The notes under the pieces were generated by a model. It was not told the origin of the DNA and made no database searches. It worked only from the letters and a program-made list of their open reading frames with translations. A program made the translations under genes and the position numbers. From contig OZ242358.1 in NCBI GenBank assembly GCA_965208835.1, positions 4,160,001-4,224,000 on the forward strand: a DNA stretch of 64,000 nt. Reading direction: 5' to 3'. The DNA is from Candidatus Latescibacterota bacterium. GTDB taxonomy: Bacteria > Latescibacterota > UBA2968 > GCA-2709665. This document shows positions 19,277-30,400 of this stretch, one piece after another (positions within the stretch are counted from its first letter, which is position 1; every line of letters starts with the position of its first letter).

Positions 19277-19987
19277 TCAGTCGAGTTGAAAACGAATGTA
19301 GATGAACATCCGCACTTCAACGGCCTCCTGGTTCTGGTACCCGGGGAGATACCGGAAACCCGAGAGGGCGTCCAGCGATGCACGGTGAAACAACTCGTGC
19401 CCCTTGAGGACAACGCTGTCTTTGACCCGGCCGTCCCTTCCAACGGTAAATTCCATCAGGACGACGCCCTCCAGGCCGGCCTGCCGCGCTTCGTCCGGGT
19501 ACGCAGGTTCCACCTGTTCGAGGAGCCGCGGCTTCCGTTCCACAAGGCGGGCGGGGAGGACGACTTCGCCATCCACCTCCTCGTCCGTGCCGGGTGCCGA
19601 AAAGAGCGTATCCGACGGCACTGAGAGACGTATGGACACCGCGTCGAATTCGAGTTCGGCGGTCGCGTCAACGGATATCTCCTCGGGCAGCAGGTCGCGG
19701 CTATCCGTTTCGAGGGGCACGGTCGGCCGTACCGGAATCGGCAGCTTTATGCCCTGTCTGGTCTCCGGCACCTCTGTTAACTGGATGAGAATCGGATGTC
19801 TTGCGGAAGTTTGGGTGCGGAGCCTGAAGGACGGGAAAGTGAACGCAACGGCCGCGTGCAGGGCGAGCGAGATCCCGATGCACAGGGGGAAGACCTTCCG
19901 GTACTGCGCCTTCAAGTCCGCTTCGGGACGCCTGGTCCGGATTATTTTTCCGGTAATCCAGGGTCTGGGAGGCAGCCGTTGTGGCAT
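19277..19987 (-). CDS. tonB: Energy transducer TonB
   Basis: N-terminal TM with SLALH. C-terminal PAYPDEARQAGLEGVVLMEFTVGRDGRV...IRFQL. Confidence 0.88.
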   Translation of the reverse strand: MPQRLPPRPWITGKIIRTRRPEADLKAQYRKVFPLCIGISLALHAAVAFTFPSFRLRTQTSARHPILIQLTEVPETRQGIKLPIPVRPTVPLETDSRDLLPEEISVDATAELEFDAVSIRLSVPSDTLFSAPGTDEEVDGEVVLPARLVERKPRLLEQVEPAYPDEARQAGLEGVVLMEFTVGRDGRVKDSVVLKGHELFHRASLDALSGFRYLPGYQNQEAVEVRMFIYIRFQLD

Positions 19988-20093
19988 CGTACACTCCACG
20001 CTGCCTGCAAGGCCGGCGTGCATGGGATCAACACGCGTTCATGGCGCGCGGCGACCATCCGTCAACGATAGGAGACCATTCCGAAAAACCGGC

Positions 20094-20969
20094 TCAAACG
20101 GCATCGGGCGCGCGTCCCAATGCCCGCGCCATCGCCCTGATCGTGTTCGGGCCCGCCCCGCAGCATGCGCCGATGAGATTGATCCCCTCCGCCTTCGCCT
20201 TTACCGCGAAGCCGGCCATCACGTCCAGGGATACACGCGTATCCTTTCCGCCCGGTCCGAATCCGTTAGGCTGCCAGGCAACGGGCACATCCACCGCATG
20301 ACGCATCTCGGTGACGAGATTCAACATCCCCTCTGGCGTCCCGTTGCATACCAGACCCACCACATCGGCCCCCTCTCCCGCGAGAACGCGGGCGCACTCG
20401 CCAGCCGTGGCGCCGTCCTCCGTCGTCCGGCTTATCCCCATGAATACCATGGTCGGAACGCTCGTTTTCTTGCAGCACTCGAGGCAGACAAGCACCTCGT
20501 CGAGGCGATGAAACGTCTCCGGAATGAGGAAATCCGCACCGGCGTCCACCAGAACGGCGATCTGTTCGTTCCATTCCGCCTTCGCCCGGTCCCTGGAAGA
20601 GGGGTCTTCCGGATCGAATATCGGATCGCCCTCCCACGACCCGGTCCGCGTGGAGACCAGGCATCCGCCCACCGGCGCCGTCCCGGAAGACGCTTCTTTC
20701 GCAAGCTGCACGCCAATCCGGTTCACTTCGTCCAGCCGGCCGCCCCATCCGAAATGACGATCCAGCTGGGATCGCGACGTAAACCAGGTCACCGCTTCGA
20801 GTACCTGTGAACCGGCGTTCAGGAAATCCCGATGGATCTGCCGGATGGCGTCTGGATGTTCCAAAATCGCCGCCGGCGTGTCGTATCCGCGCCACCTGGC
20901 TTCCAGAATCATGCCGCCGTCGCACAAGACGACGTCCTCGCCGAACATTTTCATCACGTCTTCCGCCAT
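20094..20969 (-). CDS. Homocysteine S-methyltransferase family protein, paralog 3
   Basis: CDGGMILEARWRGY, PETF, GLVC, LIGACCGAGP. Confidence 0.9.
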   Translation of the reverse strand: MAEDVMKMFGEDVVLCDGGMILEARWRGYDTPAAILEHPDAIRQIHRDFLNAGSQVLEAVTWFTSRSQLDRHFGWGGRLDEVNRIGVQLAKEASSGTAPVGGCLVSTRTGSWEGDPIFDPEDPSSRDRAKAEWNEQIAVLVDAGADFLIPETFHRLDEVLVCLECCKKTSVPTMVFMGISRTTEDGATAGECARVLAGEGADVVGLVCNGTPEGMLNLVTEMRHAVDVPVAWQPNGFGPGGKDTRVSLDVMAGFAVKAKAEGINLIGACCGAGPNTIRAMARALGRAPDAV

Positions 20970-21025
20970 CTCGCCGTCTTCCTACGTTGTGTCCTGTCAT
21001 TCGGTTACTTCGGACGTTTTTTTAT

Positions 21026-23800
21026 TTACTGCGTTGCTTCCCTGACCCAGAAGCGGCCTTCCTTGGTTGCCCGCTGCCCGCTGTTCATGTCCTTTACGGT
21101 CATCCTGACCCTGCGGCGCCCGGCGGCGGTCTCTCCGATGTCCAGCGCCACGTAGTCTGAGACCGACGCCTCGGTTCCGGTCTGTTCGTAGCGTACGGTC
21201 ACCGCCGATTCCGACCGCCCCAGAACTCTTGTCGAGAGTCGCGAGAGGCTGGTGCCGCTCTCGTCGGTGCTGTAGACCTCATAAACCACCTCGTAGCGCG
21301 TCGCCCCGAATTCGTCCGGCGTGAGATTGTAGATTTCGAAGAAGACGAACACGTGCTGCCCCGCGTCGAAAACATGCGAGGGCAGCGGCGTGACGTTCCA
21401 TTTGCCGCGGACGAACTTCGGGTCGGACCCGGGCATCACGGCCGTCACCTGCCGCGCCACGAACAGATCGCTCAGCTTCAGATCCTCTCCGGAGTAATCT
21501 TCCACGGAGAGCTTCTGCGAATACGCCTGCAGCCGTTTCGTGTTGTGCCGCTGCACCTGCAGTGCCAGTTCGTAGTCCCCCGGCAGCACATCCAGGAGAT
21601 CCACCCGATCCAGAAGCGCCCTGTCGCGCCGCCGCCCCGAAACCGGCACCTCCAGGTCCTGCTGCAGCGCCAGCACCTTCGTGTACCGGACGTCCATCAG
21701 CGCGACGCGCCGATTCACCATCACGTCGTCTTCCGAATCCCCGGGCAGTGCGACGTGCTCAATGGGGATGCCCACGTTGACCTGGATCTCCGTTCCGCCG
21801 TTTTTTCCCCGGAAAGTGACCACGTCGTAGCTGAAATCGAGCGCCTCGAAACCCGACACGCTGTAGTACTCCGGCTCTTCCCGCGACACGGACGCAACAC
21901 GGGTTGAAGGCGCCAGTTCCGTCAGCCGCTGCATGAGCCGCACATAGGCCATCTGTCCCACGTGGGGGTCTTCATCCAGGTTCTTGAGATCCTGGCTGCT
22001 TACGCCGGGGACCGGCGCATAGTCGTATACGCCGGAGTTCTGTTCATCCGTGAAGGCGACTTCCAGCCCCTTTCCCACGCCCGCATAGACCCAGACCTCC
22101 CAGGGCACCGACGCCCAGTTGTGCCCCGTCGTTACCGGCTTCCATCCGCTCAGCCCGATCGCGAATTCGGGGTCCAGGTCGATTCCGGCCTCTATGGGAG
22201 AGTCTTCGAGATCGATCAGTTGCTGCGGTGACGCGGCGGGATTGCCCTCGGCGCCCGGTTCGGCCTGATCGGGCGCAAACACGGCCAGATCGAGCTCCTC
22301 GATTACAGCAGCCTGCAGGTCGCGCCGAATGTCCTCGCTGGGCTCCAGAAAGGAACCCAGATCGGTTCGGATGGGAAAGACAGGCCCCACGAAGCTGATG
22401 CCCAGCCCCTGCGCGCCGTACAGCTGGTAGGCGATATTGTCCTGTACGCGTTCGACCGCCGGAGGCACCTTCGGATTCGGCTGGATCGAGGAGGAGCGGT
22501 AGTCCGGCGCGCCGTAGCGGATATAAACCTCGCCGCGTCGGTCCCAGGGCCACTTCAACGTTCCATACTTCGTTCGGGCGTACCAGACCCGCCGGTGGTG
22601 CTCGGCGCGACGCATGGCGCCACGGGAGGCTTTGAACGGGTCGTGACGGAGCCAGAACCGCTGCAGGAACGCCGCACGCTTCTCCGGAGGGGTGGCGCGC
22701 CAGGCTTCGATCTCATGAGGCAGCCCGACCAGCGACACGTCCCGGTAAAGCGCCTGCTCTTCGGGGTCCAGGCTTTCGATATAGATCTTGAACGCACGAA
22801 GCGCTCCCTCGAAGTCGCCCCGCGCCATCAGCGCCTGCGCCAGCAGCGGCAGCGCGAGGTCGTTGGTCATCAGTGTGGTAAGGGTCTCGACTTCCTCGAA
22901 TTTCTCTTCTTCCAGCAACTCATTGGCAAATGCCAGCGCCGCCGCCTGGTCCGCCGGCTTCAGTTCCAGGTATTTTTCGAAGTAGACCATCGCGCCATGA
23001 AGGTTGCCCTCCTCGCGGTGCAATTCAGCCAGCAGCAGGTGGGCGGGCGCGATCCGTGAGTCGAACTCGAGCGCCCGGTCCGCAGCCTGCCTTACACCGG
23101 GGCGCCCGGTTTCCTGGTAGGCCCTGGCAAGCAGATAGTGCGATTCGGCATGGGTCGAATCGGCGCCAATTGCGGCTTCCAGATGCGTCAGCGCCCGTGC
23201 CGGGTCTGCCTCATGTTCGAGCGCCAGCCTCCCCAGTCCGGAATGCGCATCAGTCAGATTCGGATTGAATTCAATTGCGCGAACGAATGCAGAGCGCGCA
23301 CTGTCCACGGCGCCGACCGTCAGACGCCGGCGCCCGACCTGGGCAAGAGCCCGCGCCAGGTACGTGTGCGTCCAGGTATACGTGGAATCGGCCCTCAACG
23401 CCGCTTCCAGATGCGGCAGCGCGCCCGCCGCGTCCCCTTCGAGTTCGAGAGCCACCCTTCCCAGCCCGCAGTGCGCCGTGGCCAGCGCGGGATCGAATCC
23501 CACAGCGCGCTCAAATGCCGACCGCGCGTCGCGAGCCCTTCCCACCCGCAGATACAGCATGCCCACCCGGTTCAGGACGAGTCCGGCATGGTCGGGATGA
23601 TCGTCGACCGATCGCGCCAACATTTTTGCCGCCGCAACGACCGTCGGAACGTCGCCGGCTTTCAAGCCGCGTGCGTAAACGGCATCCAGCTCCGACAACG
23701 TCATTCCGGCAGCCGGCGCGTGATCCGGCCAGAAACCGGCGGCGGCGATCAGCACGCCAACCGGCAGTGCGCGCATACGCGACCACCGAGGACGTTCCAT
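21026..23800 (-). CDS. GWxTD-domain protein with N-terminal TPR repeats
   Basis: Signal peptide and TPRs, then FLQRFWLRHDP...EHHRRVWYA...WDRRGEVYIRYGAPD, WEVWVY, and a C-terminal beta domain. Confidence 0.85.
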   Translation of the reverse strand: MERPRWSRMRALPVGVLIAAAGFWPDHAPAAGMTLSELDAVYARGLKAGDVPTVVAAAKMLARSVDDHPDHAGLVLNRVGMLYLRVGRARDARSAFERAVGFDPALATAHCGLGRVALELEGDAAGALPHLEAALRADSTYTWTHTYLARALAQVGRRRLTVGAVDSARSAFVRAIEFNPNLTDAHSGLGRLALEHEADPARALTHLEAAIGADSTHAESHYLLARAYQETGRPGVRQAADRALEFDSRIAPAHLLLAELHREEGNLHGAMVYFEKYLELKPADQAAALAFANELLEEEKFEEVETLTTLMTNDLALPLLAQALMARGDFEGALRAFKIYIESLDPEEQALYRDVSLVGLPHEIEAWRATPPEKRAAFLQRFWLRHDPFKASRGAMRRAEHHRRVWYARTKYGTLKWPWDRRGEVYIRYGAPDYRSSSIQPNPKVPPAVERVQDNIAYQLYGAQGLGISFVGPVFPIRTDLGSFLEPSEDIRRDLQAAVIEELDLAVFAPDQAEPGAEGNPAASPQQLIDLEDSPIEAGIDLDPEFAIGLSGWKPVTTGHNWASVPWEVWVYAGVGKGLEVAFTDEQNSGVYDYAPVPGVSSQDLKNLDEDPHVGQMAYVRLMQRLTELAPSTRVASVSREEPEYYSVSGFEALDFSYDVVTFRGKNGGTEIQVNVGIPIEHVALPGDSEDDVMVNRRVALMDVRYTKVLALQQDLEVPVSGRRRDRALLDRVDLLDVLPGDYELALQVQRHNTKRLQAYSQKLSVEDYSGEDLKLSDLFVARQVTAVMPGSDPKFVRGKWNVTPLPSHVFDAGQHVFVFFEIYNLTPDEFGATRYEVVYEVYSTDESGTSLSRLSTRVLGRSESAVTVRYEQTGTEASVSDYVALDIGETAAGRRRVRMTVKDMNSGQRATKEGRFWVREATQ

Positions 23801-23820
23801 CTGCCGACATCTCCCGCATA

Positions 23821-23860
23821 AACAGATAGGCGGCCCTCTCGCTTTCAGAAGCCGCCTATC
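23821..23860 (-). terminator. Intrinsic terminator/hairpin after the PorV-like gene
   Basis: Perfect 10-bp stem GATAGGCGGC/GCCGCCTATC (23825-23834/23851-23860), followed by TGTTTAT on the minus strand. Confidence 0.6.
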
Positions 23861-23889
23861 GGGTTCACTTCAGTTGCGCTTCCCCGCGA

Positions 23890-24864
23890 TCAGAACGATC
23901 CGGTCACCGAGAACCGCAGGGTCCCGCCGTTGTCGGGGAAATTGTCGAACTTCACGTAGGCGATATCCGCCTGCACGTGATGAATGCCGCGCTGAATCCG
24001 GACGCCCGCCCCGGCGGTAACGTCCTGCGCGTCGTAACCCAGCTTGTAACCGGCCCGAAGCGCGACGATGTTCCGCAGCCAGAGTTCGGCGCCCACGTGC
24101 ATCCGCCGTTCGACGCTGACGCTGTAGAGCGCCTCGACCGCGCCGGTCAGCGAGACGTCTTCCCCGCGTTCCCCGTAGACCTCAGCCGCGGTTGCCATGC
24201 TGAAGAAAACCGGCATCTTGCCCTTGATGGCTTCGTCCGTGAGGAGTACGAGGTCCTTCCCGAAGTTGCGCAGCGACATGCCGATGCGCAGGCTCCGGTA
24301 TCCGGTATGGTAGAACGTGCCGACCGCCAGGTCGAAAACGCGGTAATCGTAACCCGTGTCGAGCTTTTCCTCGATCACCCGCGCCTGGAATCCCACCGAG
24401 AAGCGCTCGGTAAACTGCCTGGCATAGACCCCGCCCACCGCCCAGCTTCCGGTGTCCAGGATCCGGCCGGTTCCCTCCGGATTGAAAATGGTGGTTTCTT
24501 CGATATCGCCCGTATTGAACGCCACCAGACTCAGGGCGAGGGCGCCGTAGTCCGTATTGACGCCGATCGCCGCGGAGTTCAACTGGGACTCCAGGAGCCA
24601 CCTGGTGTTCGTGAATGCGAACTGGAGCCGATTCGGCGTCATGGCCGTGAGCCCTGCGGGATTCCAGAACACGGAATTGATGTCGTCCGCCACGGCCACG
24701 TACGCGTCGCCCATCCCGGCGGCGCGCGCGCTCTGGGAAATTTCCAGGAAGGCCGCGTAGGTCTCGCCCACCGGGGTCTGGTTGGAGATGTCGGCCAACG
24801 CCGGGGCGCCCAGCAAGAGGACGCCGACAAGTGCCGCAAAGCCGATCCGATATATGCGCCTCAT
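23890..24864 (-). CDS. PorV/PorQ-family outer-membrane barrel
   Basis: Signal peptide. AAFLEISQSARAAGMGDAYVAVADDINSVFWNPAGL, IEETT, GAE.W...LRAGY, terminal Phe. Confidence 0.88.
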   Translation of the reverse strand: MRRIYRIGFAALVGVLLLGAPALADISNQTPVGETYAAFLEISQSARAAGMGDAYVAVADDINSVFWNPAGLTAMTPNRLQFAFTNTRWLLESQLNSAAIGVNTDYGALALSLVAFNTGDIEETTIFNPEGTGRILDTGSWAVGGVYARQFTERFSVGFQARVIEEKLDTGYDYRVFDLAVGTFYHTGYRSLRIGMSLRNFGKDLVLLTDEAIKGKMPVFFSMATAAEVYGERGEDVSLTGAVEALYSVSVERRMHVGAELWLRNIVALRAGYKLGYDAQDVTAGAGVRIQRGIHHVQADIAYVKFDNFPDNGGTLRFSVTGSF

Positions 24865-24874
24865 GGCGACCTCC

Positions 24875-27403
24875 TTAGCGAATGATGACCAGCTTGGCGC
24901 CCTTCACCTGTCCCTGGGATTCCGACACCAGGGACTCGACGGTGACGAAGTACACGCCGAAGGTCAACTGCGTGATGTGCGTTCTGTTGAACTGGAAGAA
25001 GGCTGCTTCGCCCTCTGTCTGCGAATCGTGGTCGACTTCGCCCACCAGGTCGCCGGCTACCGAGAAGATCCTGATCTTGGCCTTCCTGGGGACATTCAGG
25101 ATGCGGATCTTGGTTGAGCCCTCGTAGGTGTGCGGCGACTCGGGGATGTACGGATTCGGCACAATGAGGATATCCTTTTCCAGCCGGTCCGCGCTGGCCG
25201 TGGGCACCTGCACGGGGCTGTCGGGCGCCGCTCCCGAGGGGGGCAGATAGTACGTGGAAACGTCTCCGATTCCGGATTCGTAGGCCCGGACACCGCCCTC
25301 CACCGTGGCGCCCGTAACCCGGCTGGCGAATCCGGAATTGGCGCTGCCCTGGTAGGAGCGCACGGCATAGTAATACTGGAATCCCGCGAGCGACTCCGTG
25401 TCTTCGTACGCGTATTCCGCGGAGCCGTTCGCCGGTACGTCCTGGATCATCTTCCAGAGGCCCGGCTGGGTCTCGGACTGGTAGACGCGGTAGCCCGCCA
25501 CGTCGGATTGCCCGGTATCCGGATTGATCGACTTCTCCGGGTCGCCCTTCCAGGTAATCAGGTTGCGGGCGTTCTCGGACGAGGACACCGTCGCGTCCAC
25601 GTCGGGAGGCTGGTTGGGCAGGTCGTAACCCAGCGCATAGGCCTCCTTGGCTTTATTGAGGTGGTTGAGCAGATTGGTGAACGCGGCGCCGTTCTCTTCC
25701 TTCTTGAGTTCGCTGGTGTCTCCCGACTTCTGGTAAGCCCGGAAGTTCTCCGTAACCGGTGCGGCCGCCACGTAGGCAAACACGAACTTCACCTTCTGGC
25801 CGGGCACCAGGTCATAGGGGCCGTATGTCTCCAACGGGGTGTAGCCCGCGGCGATGCCGTGCCGCCCCTCCCACTCCCAGGTGGGGATGGGCATATACGG
25901 CATTGGACCTGACGGAACCGCCGGAATCGGGAGCAGCGGCACGCCCAGGTTGGGATTTCCCGAACCCCTGCTCGGGCGTTCCAGAAGCGGTTCGTTGAAA
26001 TAGGACGGTTCCGGCGTGCTGATCAGCATCTGGTAGAGCGTCTCGTGGTTCATCTCATTCGGGTTCGGTTCGTCCGTGAGTAACCCGACGGCGGCCGCCG
26101 CGCTGGACGGATACCGGTACAGAAAATGGAAGAAGTTGTACGAGAACGGCTGCTCAGGAACCTTCGGCGCCTCGTAGGTCTCCGGATCGCCCACGAACCC
26201 GTCCGTGGGATCCACGTCGATCGGGGCCTTGCCGATCCATGCCGGGGACGTGATGTCCCCGACGCCGATAAGACTTGGGAACGTGCACTGCGCGCACCTG
26301 TGTTCGGAGCGGTACGGATCGCCGATATCGTCCGCCAGCGGCCCTGTCAGGCAGAAGTTGTCCCAGTCGTACTGGTACGTCAGCCGGAGGCCGCGCGCGG
26401 ATGCCGGACCGTCGTAATTGGGCGCCTCCGTATACTTGATCTTGTCGTCCTGGGAATTGTCCAGGGGTCCGAAATTGCTGCTGCACCCGTCTCCCGTGCC
26501 GTAGTCGGAATAGTACGCCCTGTAACTGACCCGGGAGACGCCCGCGGATGACGGCAGGAACCGGTGATGGAAGGAAAAATAGACGTTCGTGAGATTGTGC
26601 CCGCCGCCGGCGAGGTCGGCCGCGCGATCGCCGTCGGTATCCCCGGTGTTCTCGAATACCCACTCGGTGATCACGAAATCGTCGTAGTCCGGGTGGTTCC
26701 ACGCAAAGGCCGCCTTCTCACCCGTAATGCCCAGCCCGGTGGTCCACTTGCTCAGAACGATGTCTTCAGGAAAATTGTCGGTGGAAACGTCGTTGTACTG
26801 GCCGATGCGGTAATTCAGGATTTCCCTGGGTTCCAGCGCATCCAACTCCACCCCGGTGCCGGGCCACCAGTTGGCCATCGATCGCCCCGAATTGGGGCTG
26901 ACCACGTCGCTGCCCAGCCCCGCGTACTTGCCCCTGAAGTCCACGCTGGGATCCACCGCCATCGCCACGACGTCTTCGCTTTCTTCCATCGCCGATATGA
27001 GGGGGTTGGCCCAGCTCACCGCGGCCTCGCCGTTCACTCTGGTGGCGATCCACCATCCGTGGCCGCGGCCGTTGTGCGACGTCAGATCCACGTGCATGCT
27101 CCCGGCGCTGCGCTGTTCCCCGTAGTAGGCGGAAAAGTCGTTCGTTCCGCCGCCGCCCCAGCTGATCAGCGCGAACCCCGGATAGGCCAGATCCAGATAG
27201 AGGCCGGCATAGTTCCCTTCCACCGGCCGAGCCCCTTCGGCGCCCGTGCTGAGAAAGCTGTGCCAGAGGGTGCCGCGCGCGAGGTGCCGGGGCGTTAGCG
27301 ATTCACCGGCCAGGTTGGAGATGGTCGCCCGCTGGGCCTCGGCCGGACGCCAGAACGCGCCTGCGATCAGGAGTGCGCCTGTAATGATGGTTATGCGTCT
27401 CAT
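24875..27403 (-). CDS. Secreted surface protein with FN3-like domain and T9SS-type C-terminal domain
   Basis: Signal peptide from ATG 27403. YGPYDL.PG, GYRVY...YYYAVRSY, and C-terminal IVPNPY...IRIFSVAGDLV...GVYFV...KLVIIR. Confidence 0.8.
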   Translation of the reverse strand: MRRITIITGALLIAGAFWRPAEAQRATISNLAGESLTPRHLARGTLWHSFLSTGAEGARPVEGNYAGLYLDLAYPGFALISWGGGGTNDFSAYYGEQRSAGSMHVDLTSHNGRGHGWWIATRVNGEAAVSWANPLISAMEESEDVVAMAVDPSVDFRGKYAGLGSDVVSPNSGRSMANWWPGTGVELDALEPREILNYRIGQYNDVSTDNFPEDIVLSKWTTGLGITGEKAAFAWNHPDYDDFVITEWVFENTGDTDGDRAADLAGGGHNLTNVYFSFHHRFLPSSAGVSRVSYRAYYSDYGTGDGCSSNFGPLDNSQDDKIKYTEAPNYDGPASARGLRLTYQYDWDNFCLTGPLADDIGDPYRSEHRCAQCTFPSLIGVGDITSPAWIGKAPIDVDPTDGFVGDPETYEAPKVPEQPFSYNFFHFLYRYPSSAAAAVGLLTDEPNPNEMNHETLYQMLISTPEPSYFNEPLLERPSRGSGNPNLGVPLLPIPAVPSGPMPYMPIPTWEWEGRHGIAAGYTPLETYGPYDLVPGQKVKFVFAYVAAAPVTENFRAYQKSGDTSELKKEENGAAFTNLLNHLNKAKEAYALGYDLPNQPPDVDATVSSSENARNLITWKGDPEKSINPDTGQSDVAGYRVYQSETQPGLWKMIQDVPANGSAEYAYEDTESLAGFQYYYAVRSYQGSANSGFASRVTGATVEGGVRAYESGIGDVSTYYLPPSGAAPDSPVQVPTASADRLEKDILIVPNPYIPESPHTYEGSTKIRILNVPRKAKIRIFSVAGDLVGEVDHDSQTEGEAAFFQFNRTHITQLTFGVYFVTVESLVSESQGQVKGAKLVIIR

Positions 27404-27425
27404 TGATTTTCTCCCCGCCTGTTTG

Positions 27426-27452
27426 CGCCGGGGCAGCCGCGCCGCCCCGGCG
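27426..27452. other. GC-rich intergenic hairpin after the TonB-dependent receptor
   Basis: CGCCGGGGC...GCCCCGGCG 9-bp stem without a U-tract; possibly mRNA-stabilising. Confidence 0.5.
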
Positions 27453-27464
27453 TCAGATACATAC

Positions 27465-30400
27465 CTAGAAACCGATCCGCACGCCCGCATTCACGTACCT
27501 CGGCGTTCCGCCGCGCCTGAAATTCGAGTCGCCGTACTTCAGGTAATTGGTGTCGTTCGGCGTGGGCTTCTTCAGGCCCCAGCGCACATAGTTGGAGCCG
27601 GAGGAGCCGTCGTAGAAGGTATTGAACAGGTTGAACACCTCCGCGTACAACGTGGGGGTGGTTTCCCCGATCCTGAACGACTTCTGGAAGTTGAGGTCGG
27701 TCCGGACGAAAATCGGACGGTTGCGGACGGTCTGCACGCTCGTCCCGGGAAGCGTGATCTGGAACTGCCGCCCGTTGTCCAGCCGCCAGACCACGTTGGC
27801 CTGGATGCCGCCCAGGATTTTGGCGCCGCCGATTTCTTCGCCCGGCCCCCAGTCCATCGGCGTGGACCAGAGGAACTGGAAGGAGGCATTCGTGGTGGGC
27901 GGCTGCCCCCGGAACGCGTCCACCTGGCGCCAGACGTCCTCGAACCAGAGGTTCTGCATTTCCTGCTTCTCTGATTCGCTCAGGCCGGGATATTCGCTCC
28001 AGGGACGTATCGCATCGAGCCGGTTCGTGCCCCACCCCCCGACGAAAGTCGTCCCGTCCGCCTGTTTCTTGCGGATCGCCTCGTTCGCCCTGTGGCCGAT
28101 CGTCCGGATTTCATCGTCGGTCAGACGAACAATTTCGTCATTCGCATCGACCGTGAAGTATTTCGAACTGGCAATGAAGTTGGAGTCCGGAAACGTCGTA
28201 ACCTGAAGCTGTGAACCGCCCGACCAGTTGAAGAGCACCCAACTCACGTCCAGGCCCACCCGGAATGAGAAGTTGTTGGAAAATGCCTTCGTGAAACCCA
28301 TCTCGATACCCTTGGTTTCCAGGCGGGCGTTGGGACCGCGGTGACCCACGTAGGTCAGGGTCTGCACCGGATCCGAGAACCGATGCACCCCGCCCGAACC
28401 AACCCGTTCGGTCCGGCGGTAGTAGGTGGAAAGCTCCATCACGAAGTCGCTGACGAAGTTCCACTCCCCGGTCACCTCGAACTCGGCGGTACTCGGCAAC
28501 CCCCCCGGGTTCTGATAGCCGCCGTCGAGGCGCCACTGCCCGCCCCCGATCCAGTTCAGATCGAACCAGACGTCGTCCAGTTCGGGGTGGTTCTGGGCGT
28601 CGGACGTGGTCCAGGGCTCCAGCCACAGCAGGGAGAATTGCGGAGGTTTGTAGTACACGCCGTATGAGTACCGAACGGTGGACCGTTCGGTAATTGGATG
28701 TGACAGACCGATCCGCGGCGACAGGCTCGTCATCGGCCGCGTCTTCGCCAGCGGCACCCGCCCCGTGCGCCAGGCCTTGTAGGTCCTCCAGCCCGGCAGT
28801 GCCTTCATAAAGCCGGACAGAGTCCGCTCGGGCCCGCCCCAGAAGCTGTCGAAGCGAAGGCCTGCGTGCAGCACGAGGCCCTGGAACTCCAGCTTTTCGT
28901 CCACGTACGCGGCCAGCCGGTTCACCGTATACCGCTTGCCGGGCTCGCTGTTGCCGGCCATGATCTTGAGCGTGGCGTTGGTCGCGCTGGACCGGTTGTA
29001 GTCCCAGTTGAGATTGCTCATGTTCTGAAACACGAAACCGGCCTTGAAGAGATTCCGCCGGGTGAGCTGACCGGTGAAGTCGTACCGCAAGCTGTACCTG
29101 TTGTTGTCTTCCACGACGATGCGCCTTCGCTCCCGATCTATATTGAATTGGCCCAGCTTGTCTCTTCGCCATGAGGTTGTCGTGGCGTCCACGTCTTCAC
29201 CCGGGTCCGTCTTCGTACCGTAGTACCCCACCTGGAATTCGTGGAACATCCGGGGGTTGATGCTCTGGGTGCCCGTTACGTAGAAGATCCGGTTGACCCG
29301 GTTCTGCTGGTAACCGGTCGTGCCGTTGATGAGGAAGAGGTTGCCCCCCACCGAACGGTTGGCGTCGCCGAAGAACGTGGGCTCGTTGGACTGATTGAAG
29401 CCCACCTTGACCTTGAGGTTCGGCGACGGGGTGAAGCTGATTTTCCCGAAGATGCTGTGCTGCCGCAGCCCCGTCAGCGTGGGCGCGGGCAGATTGATCT
29501 TGGCGCGGCTGGTTTTGCCGCTCACCACGAACGTGGCGTTCTCGCCCAGAGGACCGCTGACCCATCCCTCCACGAAATGTCCGACCGAACTCTCGTAGTC
29601 CTGCTTGACGTGGATCTGCTGTCCGGTTTCCGGATCCTGTTCGTTCACCCATTCGGGGTTGTTCCACTGCAGCCTGTCGCGCCAGTACCCGTTCGCCCCG
29701 CCGCGCTGCCCCGGCGTGGCGTCGTATATGTTGGCGCCGCGGTGCCGCTTGCCGGGCAATTCCACCCGGAGGTCGAGGCCGCCGCGGTAAATCCGCGTAC
29801 CCTCCCTGCTGATGATGTTCACCACGCCAGCGGGCGACGAGGCCTGTGAGGCGTCCGCCCCGCCCCTGACCAGCCCCATCTCCCCGACGGCGGTTACCGG
29901 CAGGTTCGTGTATTGCCGGACACCCGTCTGCTGCGAGGTGTCCAGGTTCATCAACTCGATGCCGTCGAAGGTCCAGGTCTGCGCCGCGCGCATCGAATAA
30001 TAGCTCATATGCCGGATGCGCACGCCGTTGCCGGGACTGTCGTTCACGTTCGTACCCACGGCGTACTGAAGGTGCTCCCTGACGCCTCTGATGATGGGGA
30101 CCTGTTCGATCTCCTGCGAGGATATCTTCGCCTCGCTGGACGTCCGGTCCACCTCCACCAGGGGCCGCTCGGCCCTCACCACGATTTCCGCGGCCTCCAG
30201 CGCCGATTCCCGGAGCGTGAAATCGGACACCGTCGTCAGGCCCGCGGCCACCTTGACCCGTTCCCGAATCACCGCCTCGTAACCGACAATCGATGCCTTC
30301 AGGGTGTATAGCCCGGGCTCGACACCGATAATGACGTAATACCCTTCGCTGTCGGACGTCGCTCCGAAGCGCGTCCCTTCCACCACGACGTTGGCTCCGG

